Shown here piece by piece: positions 40,869-49,729 of a DNA stretch of 59,097 nt. Location: the IMG/VR virus record IMGVR_UViG_3300025767_000018, positions 1 to 59,097 of that record, one strand, 5' to 3'. The notes beneath the pieces are model-generated. The model was not told the DNA's origin. It worked only from the letters and a program-made list of their open reading frames with translations, and did not search any database. A program made the translations under genes and the position numbers. The DNA comes from a virus. Taxonomy: Duplodnaviria > Caudoviricetes. How positions within the stretch are numbered: the stretch's first letter is position 1; every line of letters begins with the position of its first letter.

Positions 40869-43604
40869 TTAAAAAGGTCCTGATTGTTGTTGTGCAGAAA
40901 CATTAGCTGCTTGCGTTGCCCTAACTGCTCTCAAAGGTGCATCGTCATATGTGCTTCCGGTAGTTGGGTTTGGTCTACTTGCAGGGCGAGGGCTGCTGGT
41001 TATAACTCCCGGATCTGCGGTATTTGCACCATTTGCGTTTGCTATTGCAGCTTGTGCTGCTGCTTCGTCACCTGCTCCGTTAGCACCAACTGTTGGGTTA
41101 GCATTAGTACCTGTAAACTGGTTAGTATTAGTATCTGTATTAAGTACCAATGACTGTGCCGGAATTGACGAACTCTGATCTTGGCTTTGTCTTCGAATTG
41201 TTTGCAATGTTTGTGTAAATTGCCCGTTACTAAATTTATTATTTACAAATAAAACTTGGTACAATCCGCTAAATTCTGCTACAGGAGCTGTGCCGTTAGC
41301 CGGAAAGTCCATATATCCAGTTGGACCATAATCAAGTGGAGTTCTAAAATTAAGTTCAATGTCAACTTCGCCATTTTGATAATTCATAGTTCCGTCTGCG
41401 TTGATGTTTAATATTCCTGGTACTTGCAATGCATTGTAATTGCCCATTCCGCTATCTGCTATGTAATACGGATCACCTAATATTTCTAAGTCTACTGCAA
41501 CTAAATCTACTGTGCTATTCATTAATGCTTCATTAAAACTTCGGGCAACTTGAGACTCTGGATGAAGTTGGCCAATTCCTCCGTCAACAGAGTTAGGTTT
41601 TGCTGTTGCCGACTGTGTACGTCCAATTTCGGCCGGATTAGCACTTCCCTTAGGTACACCCGGAGATGGTCTTTCTCCAGATGAAGTAGTTTCTTGTACT
41701 ACAGAATTTTTACTATCTAAACCAGCTTGACCTAAATCTCCATTAATTGAAGTAAAGAATGCATGATTAAACTTAATGTCAAAATTAATGATATCTTTAT
41801 TTTTTCCTGTATAGATGTAATTGTATTCTTTAATTGCTTGCTGTTTTAATTGCGGTATTCCGGGACTACTATCACTGGCTCCTTTAAATTTGCTTAAATG
41901 TACAAAATACGGTACAACTCTGTAAACAAACACTCTTGCAGGTATACCGGTTTTTGCTACTACCGCTGAACTTGAATCTGCATTAAATACCTGTGTTTCG
42001 ATTCTAAACCAAGAAACCATTCCATTTCCGTCAGGTTTTCTATTTGCGATATCTCTACCATACTCGCTTGAGATAATAATTTCTTCAATAATAGTTTGAA
42101 TTTTTTTGCCTGAAGAAAAAGTAGCTTGGCGAACATCTCCTGATAATTGTACTTTGCAACGATCTATTTCACCTTTAGTAGTTTCACTTTCGGTATTTGT
42201 GGCAGTTCCCATAGGTCTAGTTCCGCCGTCATTATTAGATTTAACTATTTTTGCTCGACCTATTGCATTCATATTTCCTAATTTCTCAGCATATTCTCGA
42301 ATATTTTCTCCAATTGTTGATCTCTTAACTGAAATACCTGGCGAATTTGCTATTTCATTTCTATAATCAGCAGGAATTTTGTCGCTAAGAACCCCTGTTG
42401 AAGATTTGTAATAATTTTTTATTTCGCCTTCAGTGAATTCTCGAGTAGTTGCACTGTCATTAGCCTGTTCTGGCTGACCCATCATAAACTGAGCCGACTC
42501 TTGTGCAGACGAACTAGTATCTGGAAACATTATAATATATTGGTTTGCTTTACTAACCTTTCCTGCTTTTTCTGAAGCAAGTTCTCGATCGTTTATTATT
42601 CTTGTTAAACTTTTTGCACCAGTCTGTAACATTTCAGAAACTGTTGATCCAGCAAAACTTACATCAGTGTGCGTAGTTTGCACTTCATCAGTTAATGCAA
42701 TTTCATGGTAGGGTATTGCTTGTACTGCATATGTACTTCCTGATTCAGTTACATCAAATTCTATGTTTACTAATTTTATTGGAAAAAGTCTGCGTAAATT
42801 ACTAGCATGAATATAATTTCCGGCATCATCGTACCCTTTAAATTCTACTGAGAGTAAGTATGGAGCCTCAATATAATTTGGATATCCTGATCGCAATGCT
42901 GATACCTGTAATGCTTGAAGGAATAATCCCATGCTATACGGTTCGAGAATTTCAAAACTTAAACTAGTTGCGTTTGTAGAACGAGATCCTGCATTACCGG
43001 CAACAATAGTTTCTATGTCAACATTTTCTATAAAATATTCTGTTTTTCCAGTAGATTCATAAACAGTACTACTTCCCCGAGTAGGGCCGCCGCCAGATCT
43101 AAGTATTACATTTTCTGGCTCTTGTCTTCGATATGTTAAATCTGGAAATTCTAATTCACGCTGAGTTAAACACCCTAATGTAAACACATAATTAAAACTA
43201 GCAAACTGTTCTAACGGATTAGGAAGTTTACTAGCGCCGCCACCAGCAGAAGATGTTCCAAAGCCATCGCCAAATGCTGCTCCTAAAAATCCACCAATAC
43301 CACCTTTAATTTGATCTATTAAGTTGTTTGAAATATTATTAGCAATATTGCCAACTAAACTTTGTCCTATTCCAGGGCCTGTTAATCCATTTAAGCTATT
43401 TGTTAAGTTAACAGTTGCACCTTTTAAATCTTGCACAGATCCTGATACAGAATCTAAAACTCCATCAACTGAAATATTATTACTTGCTAGAAATCTCTTA
43501 CCCGAAGCTAATGTTTGAGGAGAAGCCGCATCTACGCTGTTAGAAAAACTTTTTCCTGCAGCTTTTAATCTTGAAGATAAATTTTGTGGGAGAAAACTTC
43601 TCAT
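40869..43604 (-). CDS. Baseplate hub protein (gp27/gpD-like), 911 aa
   Basis: Lies between gp53-like and gp5-like genes; LEILGDPY and FSGLYQV...F.NGQFTQTL hub-type C-terminus. Confidence 0.6.
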   Translation of the reverse strand: MRSFLPQNLSSRLKAAGKSFSNSVDAASPQTLASGKRFLASNNISVDGVLDSVSGSVQDLKGATVNLTNSLNGLTGPGIGQSLVGNIANNISNNLIDQIKGGIGGFLGAAFGDGFGTSSAGGGASKLPNPLEQFASFNYVFTLGCLTQRELEFPDLTYRRQEPENVILRSGGGPTRGSSTVYESTGKTEYFIENVDIETIVAGNAGSRSTNATSLSFEILEPYSMGLFLQALQVSALRSGYPNYIEAPYLLSVEFKGYDDAGNYIHASNLRRLFPIKLVNIEFDVTESGSTYAVQAIPYHEIALTDEVQTTHTDVSFAGSTVSEMLQTGAKSLTRIINDRELASEKAGKVSKANQYIIMFPDTSSSAQESAQFMMGQPEQANDSATTREFTEGEIKNYYKSSTGVLSDKIPADYRNEIANSPGISVKRSTIGENIREYAEKLGNMNAIGRAKIVKSNNDGGTRPMGTATNTESETTKGEIDRCKVQLSGDVRQATFSSGKKIQTIIEEIIISSEYGRDIANRKPDGNGMVSWFRIETQVFNADSSSAVVAKTGIPARVFVYRVVPYFVHLSKFKGASDSSPGIPQLKQQAIKEYNYIYTGKNKDIINFDIKFNHAFFTSINGDLGQAGLDSKNSVVQETTSSGERPSPGVPKGSANPAEIGRTQSATAKPNSVDGGIGQLHPESQVARSFNEALMNSTVDLVAVDLEILGDPYYIADSGMGNYNALQVPGILNINADGTMNYQNGEVDIELNFRTPLDYGPTGYMDFPANGTAPVAEFSGLYQVLFVNNKFSNGQFTQTLQTIRRQSQDQSSSIPAQSLVLNTDTNTNQFTGTNANPTVGANGAGDEAAAQAAIANANGANTADPGVITSSPRPASRPNPTTGSTYDDAPLRAVRATQAANVSAQQQSGPF

Positions 43605-43605
43605 A

Positions 43606-43908
43606 TTAAATTCCTAATACCCTAGCCAATGCATCGCCTTTAGGTACATATATTTGAATACCTGCTACTAAATCAAATACAGGATCTTTAAGTATTTCCA
43701 TATTTCGTTGTGCAAACACCCACCAAAGATCTTTATCTCCATATAAGTCAAACGATAATAAATCAGGTCGGTGCGTGTACTGAGGTTGCACTGTAATTAA
43801 AACGTCATCTGATTCAGCAGGTATAGGTCGTATACTTAAAATATCAAGATACTGATCTTCTTGTGTATTAGTGTTAAACCATGGGCTAGTTCCAGTATAA
43901 TTTGCCAT
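43606..43908 (-). CDS. Baseplate wedge gp53-like (LysM-like) protein
   Basis: YTHRPDLLSFDLYGDKDLWWVFAQRN...GIQIYVP. Confidence 0.8.
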   Translation of the reverse strand: MANYTGTSPWFNTNTQEDQYLDILSIRPIPAESDDVLITVQPQYTHRPDLLSFDLYGDKDLWWVFAQRNMEILKDPVFDLVAGIQIYVPKGDALARVLGI

Positions 43909-44783
43909 TAAATAAATCCTTGTCCGCTACCTTTAGCATAACCGCCGCTAACAAACTTGTCTAAACTAAATTGTTGTACTGAACGTCTGCTGTATGTTGG
44001 CATTAATACCACTGATACGTTGCATCTAGTAGGAGCCCAAGTGTCTAATGCAGAAATATAAATGTAATCTACATCTTCAGGCAGTTCACATGTAAATTGC
44101 TGTACTACCACAGGAACATTTTTAAAAACAAAACTGCCATATCCGTTAAGTTGTACAACCGGGGGCGGCGCTCCTTGATTACTTGAATTACCATAAGACA
44201 TTTTTGTAATACTTCGTAAGTAATGAATCATTGCTATCCAATATAAACCTTCGGCTTCATTTTCAATAATAAAAGGTCCAGTAATTTGAATATTATCAGG
44301 TTGACTATTTTGATAAACTGGAAATGGGTAGTTACTGTGTGTAGGTTTAACTTGCGAATAGGTTGCACTGTGTGACATAATAATACTAGGAGTATATGGA
44401 AAAATCATTCCACTTGTTTCTTCTAGTGCTTCAAGAAGATTAGGTTCTAACCCTAGTCCCTGCGGCATGGAAAGTCTAACACGCCAATCATCATTATCAG
44501 TTCCTGTCCAACTAACATCACTAAATCCAACACTTCCTGGCATTCCAAACTTAGGAAGACCTCCACCTCTTAACAAACTCATAAAGTTACTAGCTGTGAA
44601 TATATCCTCAGCAACACCTTTTATAGAATTTCCAATCTGTCCTACAAGTCCTTGACCAAATTGTGCAGCACTACCTAACAAATTACTTACTGCCGACTGT
44701 GGAGAAACACCATTACGGGCTTGCGATTTTGCTGCTTGGGTAAATGATGTCCCAATTGACCCACCTGGGTTAAAGTTTGGCAT
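43908..44783 (-). CDS. Tail tube initiator/baseplate-tube junction protein (gp48/gp54-like)
   Basis: IFPYTP, GAPPPVVQLNGYG..FKNVPVVV..F tube-fold motifs; adjacent to the gp53-like gene. Confidence 0.65.
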   Translation of the reverse strand: MPNFNPGGSIGTSFTQAAKSQARNGVSPQSAVSNLLGSAAQFGQGLVGQIGNSIKGVAEDIFTASNFMSLLRGGGLPKFGMPGSVGFSDVSWTGTDNDDWRVRLSMPQGLGLEPNLLEALEETSGMIFPYTPSIIMSHSATYSQVKPTHSNYPFPVYQNSQPDNIQITGPFIIENEAEGLYWIAMIHYLRSITKMSYGNSSNQGAPPPVVQLNGYGSFVFKNVPVVVQQFTCELPEDVDYIYISALDTWAPTRCNVSVVLMPTYSRRSVQQFSLDKFVSGGYAKGSGQGFI

Positions 44784-44805
44784 ATTATTAGTCTCCTATA
44801 TACAT

Positions 44806-44813
44806 TATTTAGT
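44806..44813 (-). promoter_or_regulatory. Late promoter-like ACTAAATA for the baseplate operon
   Basis: TAAATA core upstream of the AGGAG SD of 43908-44783. Confidence 0.6.
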
Positions 44814-44841
44814 TGACTTTTTAATGTATGTATATTATAAT
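44813..44841 (+). promoter_or_regulatory. sigma70 promoter for the late sigma gene
   Basis: TTGACT (44813-44818), 17 bp, TATAAT (44836-44841); GGAG SD downstream. Confidence 0.8.
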
Positions 44842-44866
44842 AGTACTAAGTTAACCGGAGACTCAA

Positions 44867-45700
44867 ATGGCTAGAAAAATTAATTATCTTAACAATAAAG
44901 ATATACTTAAAGAAATACATAAATCAAAGAGTACATTCTGTAGCTTTGTAGCAGATACTGATCATCAATTTGATCTTATTTTGCCTAGTGTTGATAAGAT
45001 CAATATTAGAACAGTTGCAGAAGCTAAAAGAGCACACGCCAAACGATTACAACACTTAGATTTTGAATCTCGTAAGCTAGCAGGTGAGAAAATTAAACTT
45101 GCTGAATGCGAAATTGATTATAGAAAAATTGAAAAAACTGATCTAGTGTTTCGTATTATGACATTTGATCATGTTCCAGACGAGCCCGGACGTAAAAAGA
45201 CACCAAAGACAGTTGCTGATCACAAAGTAAAACTTAACTTTCCGCCGTTTCAACATTTTAGATTTGATGAGGAAGATAATTTAGTATGTGTAGGCAAGAG
45301 CCATTGGTCAGGCGGAATGGAAAACGGACATTTTAATCTAGGCGGCGGTAAGGCCACAAATAAACTTGCTCTTATGTGGATGAAACTATGTGATCGCTAT
45401 GCTACTCGAGGCAATGTACGTGGTTACACATACAATGACGAAATGCGCGGACAAGCTATTCTACAATTAGCACAAATTGGACTACAATTTGACGAATCTA
45501 AGTCAGATAATCCGTTTGCATACTACACTGCTGCCGTAACTAACAGTTTTGTTCGTGTTATCAACATTGAAAAACGTGCGCAAAACATTCGTGATGATAT
45601 TCTCGAAATGAATGACATGAATCCTAGCTATACTAGACAAAATGCAGGTGAATGGGAAGCACAACAGAAACGCGAAAAAGATTTTCAAACTAAAAAATAA
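44867..45700 (+). CDS. gp55: Late transcription sigma factor, T4 gp55-like
   Basis: NYLNNKDIL N-terminus; NVRGYTYNDEM...QFDESKSDNPFAYYT..V.NSF gp55 core; sits before gp47/gp46; TAAATA promoters throughout the window. Confidence 0.85.
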   Translation: MARKINYLNNKDILKEIHKSKSTFCSFVADTDHQFDLILPSVDKINIRTVAEAKRAHAKRLQHLDFESRKLAGEKIKLAECEIDYRKIEKTDLVFRIMTFDHVPDEPGRKKTPKTVADHKVKLNFPPFQHFRFDEEDNLVCVGKSHWSGGMENGHFNLGGGKATNKLALMWMKLCDRYATRGNVRGYTYNDEMRGQAILQLAQIGLQFDESKSDNPFAYYTAAVTNSFVRVINIEKRAQNIRDDILEMNDMNPSYTRQNAGEWEAQQKREKDFQTKK

Positions 45701-45704
45701 TTAC

Positions 45705-45733
45705 TTGCTCTTTAACATATAATATGTTAAAAT
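45705..45733 (+). promoter_or_regulatory. sigma70-like promoter with embedded operator palindrome
   Basis: TTGCTC, 17 bp, TAAAAT with extended TG; perfect inverted repeat TTTAACATAT-A-ATATGTTAAA at 45711-45731. Confidence 0.6.
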
Positions 45734-45762
45734 TATAGTCAATATCAAATAGGAACTTAACT

Positions 45763-46773
45763 TTGTTTAAAAAAGCTGCGGTATTTACAGACATACACTT
45801 TGGATTAAAAGGCAATAGTAAGGTACACAATCAAGATTGTGAAGATTTTATTGATTGGTACATCAAACAAGCACAAGATGCCGGTTGCGAAACTGGTATT
45901 TTCTGTGGAGATTGGCATCATAATAGAAATAGTTTAAATTTAACTACTATGGACGCCACTGTTCGATGTATGGAGAAGCTAGGTGCTGCTTTTGAGCAGT
46001 TTTTCTTCTTTGATGGCAATCATGACTTGTACTACAAAGACAAACGTGACGTTAATAGTACAGCGTTTGCTAAACACATTCCGGGTATTACGTTTATTGA
46101 TGAAATTACCACAATTGAAGACGTTACTATTGTTCCTTGGCTTGTAGGTGACGAATGGAAGAAGCTACGCAAGCTGAAAAGTAAGTATGTATTCGGACAC
46201 TTTGAACTTCCTAGCTTCTACATGAACGCTATGGTACAAATGCCCGATCACGGAGAGCTTAGAGCAGAAGACTTTGCTAATCAGTCGTATGTGTTTAGTG
46301 GTCACTTCCATAAACGTCAACAACAGGGTGTTGTACACTACTTAGGTAACGCATTTCCACATAACTATGCTGATGCGTGGGATGACGAACGTGGTATGAT
46401 GATACTTGATCGAGAAAATGACAAGGCTCCAGAGTATATTGATTGGCCGCAATGTCCTAAGTATCGTACAATTAAGCTAAGTCGACTAATCGACGAAGCT
46501 GATACGTTTATTAAACCTAATATGTACCTACGGGTTAACTTAGACTTGCCAATTAGTTATGAAGAAGCTAGTTTTATTAAAGAAACTTTCATTAATAACT
46601 ATAATTGTCGTGAAATTAGTTTAATTCCACAAAAACAGTTAGAAGAAATTAGTACAGAACTAAACATTGCACAATTTGAAAGTGTTGATCAAATTGTTGC
46701 TGGCGAAATTGCCGCAATCGACTCAGACAACTTCAATAAGAAGATGCTATTGGACATTTATAACGAACTATGA
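45763..46773 (+). CDS. gp47: Recombination endonuclease gp47 (Mre11/SbcD family), TTG start
   Basis: TDIHFG, GDWHH, GNHD, FGHFE and SGHFH metallophosphoesterase motifs. Confidence 0.93.
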   Translation: MFKKAAVFTDIHFGLKGNSKVHNQDCEDFIDWYIKQAQDAGCETGIFCGDWHHNRNSLNLTTMDATVRCMEKLGAAFEQFFFFDGNHDLYYKDKRDVNSTAFAKHIPGITFIDEITTIEDVTIVPWLVGDEWKKLRKLKSKYVFGHFELPSFYMNAMVQMPDHGELRAEDFANQSYVFSGHFHKRQQQGVVHYLGNAFPHNYADAWDDERGMMILDRENDKAPEYIDWPQCPKYRTIKLSRLIDEADTFIKPNMYLRVNLDLPISYEEASFIKETFINNYNCREISLIPQKQLEEISTELNIAQFESVDQIVAGEIAAIDSDNFNKKMLLDIYNEL

Positions 46774-48542
46774 TAAAAATTAAAGATCTAACAGTACGTA
46801 ACTTCATGAGTGTGGGCAATCAAACCCAAGCAGTGAACTTTAACCGAGAACAACTAACACTTGTACTAGGTGAAAACCTAGATCAAGGTGGCGACGATAG
46901 CGGATCACGCAACGGCACTGGTAAAACTACTATCATTAATGCGTTATCATACGCATTATATGGCAAAGCACTTACAAATATCAGAGCTAACAATTTAATT
47001 AATAAAACTAATAGTAAAGGCATGTTAGTTACACTCCACTTTGAAAAGAACGGTGTTGATTATCGTGTCGAGCGCGGTCGTGGTCCTAATCTATTAAAGT
47101 TTTTTGTTGATGATCAAGAACAAGAAATGACAGACGAGTCACAAGGTGACAGTCGTAAGACGCAAGAGTTTATTAACAACTTGTTAGACATGAGTCACGA
47201 CATGTTTAAGCATATTGTTGCACTAAACACTTATACTGAGCCGTTTTTGTCAATGAGGCAGAATGATCAACGTGCTATTATCGAACAGTTGCTTGGTATT
47301 ACTATCCTAAGTGAAAAAGCAGATGCTCTTAAAGAACAAACTAAGCAAACTAAAGATGCTATCACTGAAGAAACATTAAAAATTAATGCTATCCAGAGTG
47401 CAAATGAAAAGATTCAAACAACTATTGATAGCTTAGGCCGTACACAACGTGCATGGCTTTCTAAGAAAGATCAAGACTGTGTTAAATTACAAACTGGCAT
47501 TACTGAATTAGAAAAGGTAGACATCGATGCAGAACTAACTGCGCACGATCAACTTTCAAACTGGACACAGCATAACAATGCTATTTTGGCTCTTAAAAAA
47601 GAATTAAGCACATTAGAACCAGCACTAGTACGTGCAGATAATAGTGTTAAAAAGGCAAATAAAGACATTACAGATCTCGATGATGCTACTTGTTACACAT
47701 GTGGTCAAGAACTACATGCAGACAAAAAAGCAGAAATTTCTTTACGTAAAAGTAAAGAACTAGCTGATGCTATTGCATATCAATCAGAAATTACTGTTAA
47801 AGTAAATGATGTTATAAAAGGGCTTGGCGAAATCGGCGACATCAACGGTAAGCCTACAACGTTTTATGACACTGCTAAAGAAGCATATGACCATAGACAA
47901 AATGTTGATAGCTTAAAACAAGCGTTAGCAAATAAACAAGAAGACACTGATCCGTATCAATCACAAATTGACGAATTAAACGATGCAGCAATGCAAGATA
48001 TTGATTGGTCGTCAGTTAATACACTTACTGATTATAAAGAACACCAAGACTTCTTGCTCAAGTTGCTAACAAACAAAGATAGTTTTATCCGTAAGAAGAT
48101 TATCGATCAAAACTTGATGTATCTTAACAATAGATTGTCTTACTATCTTGACAAACTAGGATTGCCGCATCAAGTTGTATTCCAAAACGATCTTGCTGTT
48201 GAAATTCAGCAGCTAGGACAAGATTTAGACTTTGATAACTTGTCACGCGGAGAACGTAACAGACTTATTTTAGGAATGAGCTTTGCATTCCGTGACGTTT
48301 GGGAAAGCCTATATCAAAAGATTAACTTAATGTTTATTGACGAACTTATCGATAGCGGTATGGACACAGCAGGTGTTGAAAGTGCATTAGGTGTTCTTAA
48401 GAAGATGGGTAGAGAAGGTGACAAAAATGTTTATCTTATCTCTCACAAGGACGAACTAGTTGGAAGAGTTAATTATGTAATGAAAGTAGTAAAAGAAAAC
48501 GGCTTTACAAGTTACGAAAACGATATTGATATTATAGAATAA
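46770..48542 (+). CDS. gp46: Recombination ATPase gp46 (Rad50/SbcC family)
   Basis: NFMSVG, NGTGKT Walker A, coiled coil with CYTCGQ zinc hook, LSRGE signature, MFIDE Walker B, ISH. Confidence 0.95.
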   Translation: MIKIKDLTVRNFMSVGNQTQAVNFNREQLTLVLGENLDQGGDDSGSRNGTGKTTIINALSYALYGKALTNIRANNLINKTNSKGMLVTLHFEKNGVDYRVERGRGPNLLKFFVDDQEQEMTDESQGDSRKTQEFINNLLDMSHDMFKHIVALNTYTEPFLSMRQNDQRAIIEQLLGITILSEKADALKEQTKQTKDAITEETLKINAIQSANEKIQTTIDSLGRTQRAWLSKKDQDCVKLQTGITELEKVDIDAELTAHDQLSNWTQHNNAILALKKELSTLEPALVRADNSVKKANKDITDLDDATCYTCGQELHADKKAEISLRKSKELADAIAYQSEITVKVNDVIKGLGEIGDINGKPTTFYDTAKEAYDHRQNVDSLKQALANKQEDTDPYQSQIDELNDAAMQDIDWSSVNTLTDYKEHQDFLLKLLTNKDSFIRKKIIDQNLMYLNNRLSYYLDKLGLPHQVVFQNDLAVEIQQLGQDLDFDNLSRGERNRLILGMSFAFRDVWESLYQKINLMFIDELIDSGMDTAGVESALGVLKKMGREGDKNVYLISHKDELVGRVNYVMKVVKENGFTSYENDIDIIE

Positions 48543-48745
48543 TGATAGAAGATGACATTCACGATCAATTAACCAAAGCGTACTTAGAATACTTTAAGGC
48601 GAACGAAAATTTTGAATCTCGTTTGTCTCATCGTACACATTTATCAAGTAGAAAATGGTTACGAGAAATTAGAAAATTAGCAAAACTAAGGCAAGAAGAA
48701 ATACATGCTACATATGCAGCCAAGAAGGCAGCAGAAAAGCAATAG
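48542..48745 (+). CDS. Small basic hypothetical protein (67 aa)
   Basis: TAATG overlap with gp46; predicted helical and K/R-rich. Confidence 0.65.
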   Translation: MIEDDIHDQLTKAYLEYFKANENFESRLSHRTHLSSRKWLREIRKLAKLRQEEIHATYAAKKAAEKQ

Positions 48746-48761
48746 GCACAATAAGTATGTT

Positions 48762-49196
48762 ATGCAATGGACTTATCAAGGCAAAACAATAGACCAACTA
48801 CCGGAAGGTTGTGAAGCATTTGTATACCTAATAACAAACAAAGTCAATGGCATGATGTACGTAGGCAAAAAACTAGCAAAATTTAAAGTAACAAAGAAAC
48901 CACTCAAAGGCAAGAAAAACAAAAGACGTAGCACTAAAGAAAGTGACTGGCAAACTTATTACGGTTCCAATGATAGACTTAATGCAGACGTTTTAGAGTT
49001 AGGCGAAGAAAATTTCATAAGAGAAATTATTCACATTTGTCCTAGCAGAGGCATAGCAAGTTACTTAGAGGCACGAGAGCAGTTTGAACGCAGAGTACTC
49101 GAAACAGATGAATACTACAACGGTATCATAAATGTTAGAGTTGGCGGATCAAAAATTCTTAAAGAACATCTACAGGCAAATCATTCCAACACCTAA
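48762..49196 (+). CDS. Stand-alone GIY-YIG family nuclease (144 aa)
   Basis: FVYLITN..NGMMYVGK, YYGS, REIIH, YLEAREQ, YYN; likely start MQWTY 4 nt after the AATAAGTA late-promoter variant. Confidence 0.8.
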   Translation: MQWTYQGKTIDQLPEGCEAFVYLITNKVNGMMYVGKKLAKFKVTKKPLKGKKNKRRSTKESDWQTYYGSNDRLNADVLELGEENFIREIIHICPSRGIASYLEAREQFERRVLETDEYYNGIINVRVGGSKILKEHLQANHSNT

Positions 49197-49604
49197 GGTT
49201 AGCGGGCCAGTTTAGAAATACCGCTGTGGAAAAAGCTCTCGTATAGAAGCACACGTACATATTGATCGACTCCCCAGAGGGAGGAAGCCACCAAACAAAT
49301 TGGGCTCACTGGTTGATATAGATTGCATGTTGGCAGTCGAAAAACACAACATAGTTCATAAAAACCCTTTAGCAACAGGAACGAAGCGAGGGAATATTGT
49401 ATACTATATTGTACATTAACTAGTTTAATGTATATTATATTGTACATAATGTCGACGGAGGATGGGAAAGGTCAGAGCCCATTGAACTTGTGTATAAAAA
49501 ATTACCTCTTTCCAATGTCTCGGCTGTGACAGACTCACATGAAGCTCAGATTAGACGGAACCCTTAAACAGGTTCCGTCTGACTAAAACAATCTACATGA
49601 AACT
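49197..49604 (+). ncRNA. Candidate large structured non-coding RNA/cis element (unassigned family)
   Basis: Largest non-coding gap in the window; about 48% GC over 49201-49340 by hand count; many complementary segments including long-range pairings and a 12-bp hairpin. Confidence 0.55.
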
Positions 49605-49608
49605 TAAA

Positions 49609-49729
49609 CATTATTACATTCGTAATAATGCAATTATAATTCATTTACATTATTTAAATAAAACGAAGTGTTATAGTTTGAGCGTTAGCGAAAACTTGTA
49701 TGAACTTGTTCATACACTAAGTATCTTAG
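49609..49729. repeat. Cluster of short inverted repeats/hairpins
   Basis: CATTATTAC-attc-GTAATAATG; AGTTT-GAGCGTTAGCGA-AAACT; TGTATGAA-cttg-TTCATACA; CTAAG-tat-CTTAG. Confidence 0.85.

Noticed and set aside
48705-48761. Longer N-terminus for the GIY-YIG ORF
   Set aside because: Overlaps the upstream gene by about 40 bp; the ATG at 48762 follows a late-promoter-like motif and starts the recognisable domain
49262-49310. tmRNA/tRNA-like 3' end (TCGACTCCCC...CCACCA)
   Set aside because: Spacing does not give a T-arm plus acceptor stem, and no matching 5' acceptor strand was found in standard or permuted order
49199-49447. 82-aa minus-strand ORF in the structured region
   Set aside because: Starts inside an AT-rich hairpin, has no SD or promoter and atypical composition; more likely a chance ORF
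49262-49530. RNase P RNA resemblance (GAGGAAG..., GGGCTC, GCAACAGGAACGAAG)
   Set aside because: Only fragmentary similarity; the GAGGAAAGUCC and 3' P4 consensus are not properly present or ordered; an Rfam cmscan would settle it
48762-49604. Group I intron with GIY-YIG homing endonuclease, group II intron or hammerhead ribozyme
   Set aside because: No interrupted host gene on the flanks, no ordered P/Q/R/S elements, no domain V hairpin and no CUGAUGA/GAAA core recognised
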